This document shows positions 25,231-37,857 of a stretch of 64,000 nucleotides of DNA, piece by piece. Positions within the stretch are counted from its first letter, which is position 1; each line of letters begins with the position of its first letter. This DNA comes from Felis catus (lineage: Eukaryota): contig NC_058369.1 in NCBI RefSeq assembly GCF_018350175.1, positions 5,334,001 through 5,398,000 on the forward strand, written 5' to 3'. The position numbers were made by a program, and so were the translations under genes. The notes beneath the pieces are model-generated. The model worked only from the letters and a program-made list of their open reading frames with translations, was not told the DNA's origin and searched no databases.

Positions 25231-25640
25231 TTCTTGAGCACTTTCAGTTTCTTATAAAATCCCACATCCCCGGTGACCTTTCCTGGTCCAGCAACCAAAA
25301 TTACATTTTCTGTGTTGATTCTTTTCAGTGTTTACTTCTATATGTATTACTATTTCTTTCATATGGCTTTTCTACAAACTGGACACTCGGCAAAGAGATG
25401 TACACTTTAATGTTTAATTACACATGTGCAGTGGTTACATCCATGACCACTTACTGTTTTGCCATTGAAGGCACTTGGATTTATTTACGGAAATAAATTA
25501 TTCAAACTCAAAAAAATACTTTCTACACTTTTTAAATAAATTCACTCCACCACAATTGCAATGACGTATCTCTCTTGTAGCATACTGCACTAAATCATCA
25601 CTGTCCGAGATTTTTTAATCTTTTCTCTCTGGAATTTATT

Positions 25641-26078
25641 ATAGCAACTCCCCTTAGCCACCGTTTCAGGTTTCAGTTACCTGAGGTCAACTGTGGTCCG
25701 AGGTCCAGAAGGAACGGTCTTCCTTCTGATGCATCAGTTGTAGTCTCAGGCTACATCACAGTGCCTACCAGCACTCATCTCACTCCACCTCATCACCTAG
25801 GCATTTGATCAATCTCACATCATCACAATAAGGTGAGTACGGTACAGTTACGTATTCTGAGAGAGACTACATTCACATAACTTTATTACAGTCTATTGTT
25901 ATAATTACTCTATTTTATTATTGTTGTTAATCTCTTACTGTGTCTACTTTATAAATTAAACTTTACCATAAGTATGCATAGGAAAAAAACATATATAGGA
26001 TTCAATGCTATCCATGGTTTCAGGTATCCACCGAGGGTCTTGTAACGTGTCCCCTGGGGACATGGGAGGAGTACTATA
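25641..26078 (+). mobile_element. TcMar-Tigger MITE (MER44/Tigger7-like)
   Basis: CTCCCCTTA..GGTTTCAGTTACCTGAGGTCAACTGTGGTCCGA...GGGTCTTGTAACGTGTCCCC..TACTATA ends, TA flanks. Confidence 0.75.
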
Positions 26079-26526
26079 TAAGGCTCTAATCACAATAATC
26101 TGTTTAAACTGCAAACCTAATCAATATGCCTTTCCTTTTAAACCTATCACTTATTTTTAAAGGGAAGCCACAAATCTCATTTCATTCCTTTTGTCCTGCC
26201 ATAATTATTATTATACCACCCTTTTCAATACTCAAGAGGTCCCAGTTTAGAGGAAAAATTGTTTGATCTTCCCATTTATAGAGCACCTAATACATGCCAA
26301 GTTGTGCACTAAAACCAGAATTTAACTTAACAAAAATCACTGCCCACCCCACCCCCACTTATTTTAATCTCAGTAAGAGGAAAGAGTTAATACACAGAAT
26401 AATGAGTATCTAATGTCATGTCAGGTATAATTAACTACTGTGGTAAACAGGCTGATACAGACGTAGAGAAAGAGAGGGGTGGAGGAGGAAAGTAGGGAGG
26501 GATAACAGGACAAAGAAATTACAATT

Positions 26527-27800
26527 ATTTTTTTTAATTTTTTAATGTTTATTTACTTTTGAGAGAGAGAGACACACAGAATGTGAGTGGGGGAGGGACA
26601 GACAGAGAGGGAGACACAGAAGCCCAAGCAGGCTCTGGGCTCTGAGCTGTCAGCACAGAGCCTGACACGGGGCTCAAACCCACGAACCTTGAGATCATGA
26701 CCTGAGCCGAAGTCGGGCGCTTAACCCACTGAGCCACCCAGGCACCCGAGAAATTAACTACAATTATTGATGAAGAGATTAAGGTGGGACTAACTGAGGA
26801 CATATTTGAGCAAAGAATTGAATTAAAAAGAAAAAAAAAAAAAAGACCAAGCACATGTGGGTAAAGAATTTTCCAGAGAGGGGAACAATGTAAACAGGGG
26901 AGGACAAAAGGCTACTTCCACTTCCTGGTGATATTGTTGGTTAAAACAAAACCACCAAACAAACACATCTAAGCCTATTTTCCCAAGAAAACTTCATATA
27001 CTAAATAGTAATAGTGCAACACCTTGAACATTACTTAAAAAACATTAACATCTGAGGGATGCCTAGGTGGCTCAGTTGGTTAAGCCTCTGACTCTTGGTT
27101 TCAACTCAGGTCATGATCTCATGGTTTGTGGGATCGAGCCCCAAATCAAGCCCCAAGCTGGCTCTATGCTCACTGCACAGAGCCTGCTTGGGATTCTCTC
27201 TCTTTCTCTCTCTGCCCCCGCTCCCCAACTTTAAAATAAATAAACTTTTAAAAAATGAACACCTGGGGCGCCTGGGTGGCGCAGTCGGTTGAGCGTCCGA
27301 CTTCAGCCAGGTCACGATCTCGCGGTCTGTGAGTTCAAGCCCCGCGTCAGGCTCTGGGCTGATGGCTCAGAGCCTGGAGCCTGCTTCCGATTCTGTGTCT
27401 CCCTCTCTCTCTGCCCCTCCCCCGTTCATGCTCTGTCTCTCTCTGTCCCAAAAATAAATAAACGTTGAAAAAAAAAATAAAAAAAAAAATGAACACCTAA
27501 GAAACAGCTTTCAATTAAGATATCTTCTTCCTTTAAAATCTCCTGTCAGCTCACTTAAAGAGGTTTCACGGAAGGAGAAGTGTACCAGGGCTCCTGGATG
27601 GCTCAGTTGGTTGAGCGTAGGACTCCAGCTCAGGTCATGATCTGGCAGTTTGTGACTTCAAACGCTGCATAGGGCTCTGTGCTGACAGCTCAGAGCCTGG
27701 AGCCTGCTTTGGATTCTGTGTCTCCCTCTTTCTCTGCCCCACCCCCCACTCACAATCTGTCTCTCTTTCTCAAAAATAAATAAACATTAAAAAAAAAAAA
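26527..27800. mobile_element. Four intronic Can-SINEs (~26527-26747 minus; ~27057-27250, ~27265-27490, ~27589-27800 plus)
   Basis: tRNA head, CT tract and A tail; the 27265 copy has TSD AAAAATGAACACCT. Confidence 0.9.
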
Positions 27801-27854
27801 AAGGATTGGTATACCAATGGGCACTCATGTCAACAATATGGACTCCACACTCAC

Positions 27855-27899
27855 CAGAACGGGCTGGTCTGGAGAACAGGTGGGTACAGTTTCCTCCAT
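27855..27899 (-). CDS. MBD3L2: MBD3L2-like coding exon 1 (15 aa, MEETVPTCSPDQPVL)
   Basis: Strong Kozak GCAGCCATGG; donor CTG|GTGAGT in phase 0; same length and PVL end as the recalled human MBD3L2 N-terminus MGEPAFTSFPSLPVL. Confidence 0.88.
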
Positions 27900-27992
27900 G
27901 GCTGCCAAGTTGTCCTGATGCCTCCACTCCTGATGTGAGAACCCGTGGCTTGCTGCAAAATGTGTGACTTCTGCCTCTGAGCCTGAGGCCCA

Positions 27993-28025
27993 TTTTATGG
28001 AGGAAGGGAGTAGATAATCCAATGA
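27993..28025 (-). promoter_or_regulatory. Putative MBD3L2-like core promoter: CATAAAA box plus DUX-like motif
   Basis: CATAAAA (27999-27993) ~95 nt upstream of the ATG; TAATCCAATGA (28015-28025) is one mismatch from TAAYBBAATCA. Confidence 0.55.
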
Positions 28026-28881
28026 GTGGATAATGGAGAAGCTACATCCTGTCTCTTGAGCAGATTGAGCAGTTGCAAAATCTTTTTATACAAAGACACA
28101 AATATTGGGTTGCCCAGCTGGCCCACTTGGAGGGGCATACGACTCTTGATCTTCAGGTTGTGAGTTTGAGCCCCACATTGGGTGCAGAGATTACTTACAT
28201 ACCTTAAACACACACACACACATACACACAGATGTGGGGCTATTGACATTGTCAGCTGTTGTAGATGAAATCATTAAATACATTTGTGTGTGAGGTACAT
28301 TTGTATCTTGTGGTTTCTGTCCACATTTTAATATTTCCTGTTTCCTCCCACTATGGATACAGTCCATAAAAACAGTTTCTATGGAAGTTTCTATGTATAA
28401 AAATTTTCATACAACTTATGTTTTATTAGGAAAAAATTAGAAACTGTTTAAATGTTTCTCAGTAAAGGTATGTCCAAAATATTTATTAACAATTCTATGG
28501 AATATATCACAAAAACATTAAAAATAAATTAATAATTTGTGCATTTATAATTCATCTTATTGCCAGTAAATTTGAGAGTATTTCAACCACCTTACACTTT
28601 CCCTACCCTTTGACCTAAATAGTTAATGTTCCTTCACTCTCTTCACTTTACTGAGTTTGATTTAACTCTTTTATTATTATATTGTTCTCTTAAACTTACC
28701 AGTTGCAATCATATATAAATCTTTATGTGCTTAATGATTAATTATGATCCCTTTATTTAATATAGTCTAATATAATTAGTTTTACCACCTTCCCCAAATG
28801 CTAATACCTTCCAGCCCTTCCCATTACATTTTTAAGCTTTCTGACTCTGTTTTGCTGCTCTCAGGCACCTTAATCCTGCAT

Positions 28882-29196
28882 TGTGGTAGGGTCCTCTCCC
28901 TAAGGAAAGAAAAACAAGCAAACAAACACCTCAAGGCAACCTGGTTATATGTGTAAGTAACAACATCCCTCATGACCTTGTCACATGAGACCACTTAATC
29001 AGACTACATGTTTGTGTGTTACCATCTATGGGAGACACAGAAGTAAAAATGTAGAACAAAATTATGCCATGACCATGTGGTGTTTGGAGCTCAGTTCTTT
29101 GGGTACGAACCCAACTGAGTTGTTCTGGCATGAATAAAGTTGCTTCCTGGAAAGAAAAGACTGGGGATCACGACTCTGTGTGAGAATCCCACTACA
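28882..29196 (+). mobile_element. Solo ERV LTR (~315 bp)
   Basis: TGTGGTAGGG...CCCACTACA termini, AATAAA at ~29133, flanks GCAT/GTAT (4-bp TSD with one mismatch). Confidence 0.7.
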
Positions 29197-29309
29197 GTAT
29201 ATATTTTAATCTCCAAGAGAAATTTCCAGAATTGCCTCATAAAGCAAAGTTCATTTGGGGGTGCCTGGGTGGCTCAGTCTGTTAAACATTCGACTTGGAC
29301 TCGGGTCAT

Positions 29310-29348
<39 letters not shown>

Positions 29349-30749
29349 AGTAAATAAACATTAAAAAATTTTTTAAATTTATTTGTAATTATAAATTATC
29401 CTTTCCTTCTCCTTGTTCCTTCCTGCAATCCTGGTTTTCAATCTGGGATTCCACTTGTTTGGATTAAAGAACTCACTCTAGTATTTTTTTTCTAATTCAA
29501 GTGTGCTAACAATGAAATGTTTCATTTTTTAAAGGTTTTCTTAAGACATCTTAAAAAAGTTTAATGTTTATTTATTTTTAAGAGAGAGAGAGAGAGCACG
29601 AGCGGGGGAGGGGAAGAGAGAGAGGGAGACACAGAATCCCAAGCAGGCTCCAGGCTGTGAGCTGTCAGCACAGAGCCTGATGAGGGGCTCAAACCCACAA
29701 GCTGTGAGATCATGACCTGAGCTGAAGTTGACTGCTTAACCGACTGAGCCACCTGGGCGCCCCTTTTAATACATCTTTATTGTGGGCAATATTGCTGCTG
29801 GGTATAGAAGCCTGGTTTTGATATGACATTTCTTTTAGCATTTTACTTTTTTTAATGTTTATTTATTTTTGTTAGAGAGAGACAGAGTGCAAGCAGGGGA
29901 TGGGCAGAGAGAGAGGGAGACACAGAATCCTAAGCAGGATCCAGGCTTTGAGCTGTCAGCACAGAGCCTGACGCGGGACTCGAACCCACGAACCATGAGA
30001 TCATGACCTGAGGAGAAGTTGGACGCTTAACCCACTGAGCCACCTATGCTCCCTTCTTTAACATTTTTAAAATGGTACTCTGTTGATATCGATCTTATTT
30101 AAGTTTTGTTTCAATACTACCAGTTAGCCTTTTTCTTGTTTATTTGGCCTCTGCCTTCTCTAAAATCTGTTTTTAGACAATGGCATCTCCTGTGTAATTG
30201 ACTTTGCTTATGTGATGTTGACTTAATTACATCCGTGGGGTGATACCTTTCATAAACGTGGAACAGACTGTGGGTCCTCGCTTCTGACATCATCCTTCCC
30301 CGTGATCTCTCTGCTCTCCTGATCTCGCTTTTTTTTTTAACTCTGTCCTGAGCTTACTAATATCATTCACCCTGTCGTTTTGTTGGGATATTTGCTCTTG
30401 AACCGTCTTCCGGTTTAGTAATCTTGCGTTTTGCTAGAAGGAATCAATTCCTTCTTAATTATTTAAATCCTTCACAATGAGGAGAAATGTTTTCATTTTG
30501 AAGCGGAAAAATACAACTTGAATCATAAGCTTAAATAAGTTCATCAAAATTCACCAGTAAGAAGGGGGGGCGGGGGACGGGTAGTGGACAACCTGGGCAA
30601 GAGAAGAAATTGGCATTATGCACATCTGGTAAAGTACATCAAGCCGAATTTTGTAAATAATTCTGTCCAATAAAAAATAAAACTGAACACCCACTAGAAA
30701 AACGGCTCAGAAATCCTAGACTAGGAACCCCATCAAAAAAGGATAAACA

Positions 30750-30960
30750 GGGGCGCCTGGGTGGCGCAGTCGGTTAAGCGTCCGACTTCAGCCAGGTCAC
30801 CATCTCGCGGTCCGGGAGTTCGAGCCCCGCGTCAGGCTCTGGGCTGATGGCTCAGAGCCTGGAGCCTGTTTCTGATTCTGTGTCTCCCTCTCTCTCTGCC
30901 CCTCCCCCGTTCATGCTCTGTCTCTCTCTGTCCCAAAAAATAAACATTGAAAAAAAAAAA
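30750..30960 (+). mobile_element. Young SINEC_Fc
   Basis: Near-consensus; flanking repeat GATAAACA. Confidence 0.93.
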
Positions 30961-33900
30961 AGATAAACAAATACAGAGTTAACATGTTAAAAAAAAAAAA
31001 AAAACCTGTTTAGTTTCAAGGAAATGCTAAGAAAAGTCACAATGAGACCCACATTCGCTGAAATGAAAAACCGTAATCCTACAGGCTGCCCGGGCTTATC
31101 GGGGACAGTCAGATCATTCCTGCAGGGAGAGTGAGAATCTAAATTAGCAGAACCGCTTTGGAAAACCAGCAACACCCAGTGAAGCCATACACACACCTGT
31201 GCTGTTTCAGGTACACACACGTCCCCAGCACTGCGTCCGCAACCCACAAGCTCTGGTTGGGTCCCAGCGGCTGGAGTCTGAGCAGCGCCCGGCTAGAAAC
31301 TAATCCAACGTGCGTCCGCGGGGACGGACATTCTCCCAGGCGTCTGCACCCACCCAACTCCAGCCATAAGAACGCACGAATTACTGGGATTGAAGAGTAA
31401 GAACGATCTCAGAAGTGCGACGCTGAGCCACAGCCCCTCGGGAACAGCCCCAGGACCGCGGGTCCCAGGTGGGGATTGACGGCTGCTCCAGGACCACGCA
31501 GGCAAGGCCCCCTGGACACTGGCGCCCCACATCCAGGCCCCAGGGATTTCCAGGAGCCGTGGCTCCAGGTGGCTGTGGGAGTTACTGCAGCGCGCAGGTG
31601 CTCGCTCCCAGGGCTGCTGGGGGAGGGTGGCTTGGCTTGGGGCTCCTTCCCCAGCCACCACCCCTTTGAGCCTCCCCCGGAGGCCCAGAACTCAGCTTTT
31701 CTCCCCAGGGGAACGGGGGATGTGGGGGTGCCTAGGGGCTCCGTCAGGTCAATACGGGAGGGGAATCAATATTGGAGAGGGATCCGTCTCAGCCCAGAAA
31801 GTGCAGAAGAGGAGTGCGAGGCTCCCCAAGGCCACCAGCCCCTCCCCTCCATGTGTTCAAGGTCTCTCATGATGCAGGACGGAGACAGAGGTAGAAAGAA
31901 AGGGGCTGGTGTGAGTCAAGTCTCCCTGTGCCAATACATTCTGGTATACTTGCTGGGGAATCTAGAATTCTTTTTGTTTGTTTGTTTGTTTGTTTGTTTT
32001 TGAGAGAGAGACCGAGAGGCAGAGTATGAGTGGAGGAGGAGAACAGAGAGAGGGAGACACAGAATCCGAAGCAGGCTCCAGGCTCTGAGCTGTCAGCACA
32101 GAGCCTGATGCAGGGCTCGAACTCACACACCGTGAGTCATGACCTGAGCCAAAGTCGGATGCTTAACCCACTGAGCCACCCTGGCGCCCCTGTAGAATCT
32201 AGAATTCTAAGTCTAAACCTGGTCTTTCAGGCTGTGACGAAGATACATTTGCAAAGTAGGACAAGGAGAGTCCTTGACTTGGGAGTGTGTTTGCTATGAA
32301 CATCTAGGTATGTGAGTGGTACTGGCACCATTTGTAACCTTGCTCAAAAACCTGACAATCTCATAGGAAAGAGCACAAGGGGAAATAAAAGAAGTAGAAC
32401 ACAGGATTCTACTTCTTGTAGAATAATAGGATAGTATTTTAAAATATTGTGCACATGTATACTTTCCAAAGATAAAGGTTGAGTTTCCAAAGTCAAGCCA
32501 GTCGTTCCAAGAATGAGAGCCCAGGGTCTTCCAAATAGCAGACCCAGTTAGTGAAATGAACACCCAATGTCTCCTCTTCTTTGACTGTTGCATCTGAACA
32601 ACAGTATCTCCTTGCCTTGTCTTCTAACACTTGGACTCATGCAGGTTCTGTCTTCAGCCCAGAGCTCCTCCCCTTGCTCCAGAAAAGGTTCAGCCAAGCC
32701 TGACAACCATCTCCACTCCCACCCCAAAAGTCCCCTCCCTCCCCCCCGGAAGAACTTAGAAATCCTAAGCTTTGGCCTCAAAACACTGAAAAGGCTCCTG
32801 CCAATCTAAATAAGTTGGTCTGAGATGCATGGTTAGGTGCAGATTAGAATATTTGCAATACGTGCAACAACGTAATCCCATCTGTTTACTCATCACTGTT
32901 ATGGAGTCTCTCTACACATGTGCTCATGCAGAGTGCCAGTCACATGTTTCAGGAGCTTAAAGTGTAGGAAGAATATATGTATTTAATTTATTTGTGATAC
33001 ATGGGTACAGACCTTGTGATATGTCATGTGTCCCAAGCATTTTCAAACATCAATTCCTTTAATACCCTAAATAACCTTACACTCCATCTACTCTTAAGAT
33101 CACCATTTGACAGGGGCACCTGGGTGGCTCAGTTGGTTAAGCATTGGACTTTGGCTCAAGTCATGATCTCTAGGTTCGTGGGTTCACAGATTGGATCCCC
33201 ATATCGGGTTCTCTGCTGTCAGCATGGAGCCCACCTTGGATCCTCTGTTCCCCTCTGCCCCTCCCCCCCATGCCCATGCATTTTCACTCTCTCTCTCCCT
33301 CTCTCTCTCTTTCTCTCTCTCCTCTCTCTCTCAAAAATAAATAAACATTAAAACAAACTACCAGAGGCACCTGGGTGACTCAGTTGGTTAAGCCTCTGAC
33401 TTCGGCTCAGATCATGATCTCGCGGTGTGTGAGTTCAAGTCCTGCATTGGGCTCTGTGCTGACCACTTGGAGCCTGGAGCCTGCTTCAGATTCTGTGTCT
33501 CCCTCTCTCTCTGCCCCTCCAATGCTCACAATCTGTCTCTCTCTCTCTCAAAAATAAATAAACATTTTTTAAAAAAAAATTTAAATCACCAATTAATTGA
33601 CAGAGGGAGAATCAAGGCAGAAACAAGGTATGTAACTGACCCAAAGTCCCATACCTACTAAGGGGTGGAGCTAAAATTTGAATAGAAGCCATTTAGTTAG
33701 CTCTTTATTCCGTGCTCATACATATGACATTTTCTTCCCAAGTCTTCACACTATAAAAAACTTTCATGTGAAGCAGTTATGTATTTCTTATCCAATAATG
33801 TCATTATTTTATATGTAAGTGAAAAACAAAACACCCAGAGAGTAAACATTCTCACACATACACACCGAAGTTTAATTCTACTAAAATCTCTTGTTCCTGA

Positions 33901-34814
33901 TACTTAATACAAAAACATTTCAAAATGTTTCTTCCCAGCCTGAGAGGGTCCCCCAGGAAATCCCATTGGCACCCTCTAATAAACAAAGGATGGGCTGAGA
34001 ATGGGTCTCGGGGAAAAGGGTGACCTCGGGAGTTACCACTGAATCACACTATTGGTGTGAGAGCCTAAGCAAGTGGGATTTAGGCTCCATAGTGTTTCAG
34101 CCCAGGTGCTAACTTTCTAGATGTGTTTTGGAGGCTAGTGTTGAAGTACAGGAAAAAAGGATGGGTCCCTGCATCTTTGGGGAAATGGGAAGAGAGAGAC
34201 AGAGATAGAAAGGAAATGACCATTTACCTCCACAGCATTTTGGGGTGGGGGAAATCCAGCCTAAAACACAGTCTTGTGCCTGGAGTAACTCAAGGGGTTG
34301 CATCTTCTTTGATCAAAGCATACAGCCCATCTTCATGGACCTGCTTCATCTAAAAAGGATAAAGGAAGGAGGAAACACTTTAGTGGTCTTGCTTGACAGT
34401 GGTATTGATGAGGGTAGTGGCTGTGACTGGCTCATCTTTGCAGCCCCAGCAAATAGACTCTGGAACAAAATAAGCTGAACGAAGTCAATGGGCGGTTGGG
34501 CTTTCAAAGTCTAGAATAAAGTGCAGAAAGAGAAGATTTGCAGGAAACACTGGCCACTCTGGGGGATGGCCATGATCCTTTTGTCCCTACATACTTGTTT
34601 GGGAACGTACGGAATCCAAGGTGAAGTCCGTCCCTTGGATAAGCAGAATTTCAAGGAGGTAGGAGTGTGGTCCCTGGTGCTCAATAAAGTCAAACTTTGT
34701 CCAGTGTCTGGACATGTTGTCAATGAGAAGTTAAATTCTATCTGCCCCAAAATCATTAACTAGGCCTTAACAGAATTGAAATAAATATCTTGAAAAGTTA
34801 TTCTGTCCATTGAA

Positions 34815-37813
34815 GTCTTATTCATAATAGCCAAGATATGGAGATAACCTAAATGTCCTCCTATGGATGAATGGATATAGAAGATGTGGTGTGAATATAT
34901 ATACATATAATGGAACATTACTTAGCCATAAAAAATGTAATCCTGCCATTTGTGACAGCATGGATGAACCTGGAGGGCATTTTTCTAAGGGAAATAAGGC
35001 AGACAGAGGAGGATAAATACTGAATGGTATTACTTATACGTGAAACCTTTTTTTAAGTCAATTTCATAGAAACAGGATGGAATGGTGGTTCCCAGGGTTT
35101 GAGAGTGGGGAAATGACTCTTCATTGTACCCTTTGGGACAAAGGGTACAAACTTTGGGAAGGATGAATAACTTCTGGGAATCTAACGTAGAGCATGGAGA
35201 CTACAGTTAACAATACTGTATTATATACTTTGAAGTTACTGAGAGAGTGACTCTCTAATATCGTCACAACATACCAGAAAAAATAATTATATGAGTTGAT
35301 GGAGCTGTTCACTAACTTTATTTTGGTCATCATTTTGCTGTATATATGTGTATCAAATCAACATACTGTATACATTATACTTATACACTGCTGTATGTCA
35401 ATTTCATCTCAATAAAGCTGTAAAAAAAAAAAAGAGGTACTAACACAACTGGATATCTACATTTAAAAGGATGAAGTGAGAGGAGACTGAGTGGCTCGGT
35501 CAGTTGAGCTTCCAACTCTTGATTTTAGCTCAGGTCATGATCCCAGGGTCATGGAATCAAGCCCCGCAGCAGGCTCTGCACTGAGCATGGAGTCTGCTTA
35601 AGATTCTTTGTTTCACTCTCTCTCCCTCTGCCCCCTCCCCCGCTTGTGCTCTCTTTCCCTCTCTAAAATAAAATTTAAAAAACAAAAATAAAAATAAGTA
35701 ATAAAAAGATGAAGTTAGACCCCCTCCTTCACACCTTATACAAATATTTGCTTATGTCTTAGATATGACAACAAAAGGACAAGCAACAACAACAAAAAAT
35801 AGATAACTAGGACTTCATCAAAATTGAGAACTTTTGTGCAAACAACACTATCAAGAGTGTGAAAAGACCACCTATAAAATTGAAGGAACTATCTGTAAAG
35901 CATAAAAGGGTCTAGTATCAGAGTATAATAAGAATTCTTACAACTCAACCACAAAACTCAGACAACCCAATTTAAAAATGGGAAAAAGCCAAGAACCATA
36001 AAATACCTAGGAATAAACCTAACCAAAGAGATAAAAACTATGCTGAAAACTATAGAAAACTTATGAAAGAAATTGAAGAAGACGCAAAGAAATGGGGGAA
36101 AAAATCCATGCTTATGGATTGGAAGAACAAATATTGTTAAAATGTCGATACTCCCCAAAGCAATCTACACACTCAATGCAATCCCTATCAAAATAACACC
36201 AGCATTCTTCACAGAGCTAGAACAAACAATCCGAAAATTTATATGGAACCAGAAAAGACCCTGAATAGCCAAAGTAATGTTGAAAAAGAAAACCAAAGCA
36301 GGAGACATCACAATCCTGGACTTGAGTCTGTATTACAAAGCTGTAATCATCAAGACACTATGGTATTGGCACAAAAACAGACACATAGACCAATGGAATA
36401 AAATAGAATAGATAAACCAGAATTGGACCCACAAATGTATGGCCAACTAATCTTTGACAAAGCAGAAAAGAATATTCAATGGAATAAGGACAGTCCTTTC
36501 AGCAAGTGATGCTGGGAAAACTGGACAGCAACATGCAGAAGAATGAACCTGGACCACTTTCTTACACCATACACAAAAGAAACTTGAAATGGATGAAAAA
36601 CCAAAATGTGAGACAGGAAACCATCTCCTCTAGGAAATCCTAGAGGAGAAAACAGGCAACAACCTCTCTGACCTCAGCCTCAGCAATTTCTTACTCAACA
36701 CATCTCCAGAGGCAAGGGAAATAAAAGCAAAAATGAACTATGGGGACCTCATCAAGATAAAAAGCTTCTGCACAGCAAAGGAAACAATCAACAAAACTAA
36801 AAGGCAACCAACGGAATGGGAGAAGATATTTGCAAATGACATGTCGGATAAAGGGTTAGTTAGTATCCAAAATATATAAAGAATTTACCAAACTCAACAC
36901 CCAAAAAACAAGTAATCCAGTGAAGAAATGGGCCGAAGACATGAATAGACACTTTTCCAAAGAAGACATCCAGATGGCTAACAGACACATGAAAAAATGC
37001 TCAACATCACTCATCATCAGGGAAATATAAATCAAAACCCCAATGAGATACCACCTCATACTGGTTGGAGTGGCTAAAATTAACAACTCAGGCAACAACA
37101 CATGTTGGCGAGGATGTGGAGAAAGGGGAACCCTCTTGCACTGTTGGTGGGAATGCAAACTGGTACAGCCACTCTGGAAAACAGTGTGGAGGTTCCTCAA
37201 AAAATTAAAAATAGAACTATCCTACAACCCAGCAATAGCACTACTAGGAATTTATCCAAAGGATACAGGAGTGCTGATTCATAGGGGCACATGTATCCCA
37301 GTGTTTATGGCAGCACTATCAACAATAGTGAAATTATGTAATGAGCCCAAATGTCTAACTGATGAATGTATAAAGAAGATGTGGTTTATATATACAACAG
37401 AATACAGAATGCAATGAAAAAGAATGAAGTCTTGCCATTTGCAGCAACATGGATGGAACTGGAAGATACTATGCTAAATGAAATAAGTCATCCAGAGAAA
37501 GACAGATATCATATGTTTTTACTCATATGTGGAATGTGAGAAACTTAACAGAAGACCATAGGGGAAGGGAAGGGAAAAAAATAGTTACGGAGAGCAAGGC
37601 AAACCATAAGAGACTCTTAAATATAGAGAACAAACTGAGGGCTGATGGGGGAATCTGTGGGGGGAGGGGAAAATGGGTGATGAGCTTTGAAGAGGGCACT
37701 TGTTGGGATGGGCACTGGGTGTTGTATGTAAGTGATGAATCATGGGAATCTACTCCTGAAGCCAAGAGCACACCGTATACACTGTATGTTAGCTAACTTG
37801 ATGATAGATAGAT

Positions 37814-37857
<44 letters not shown>

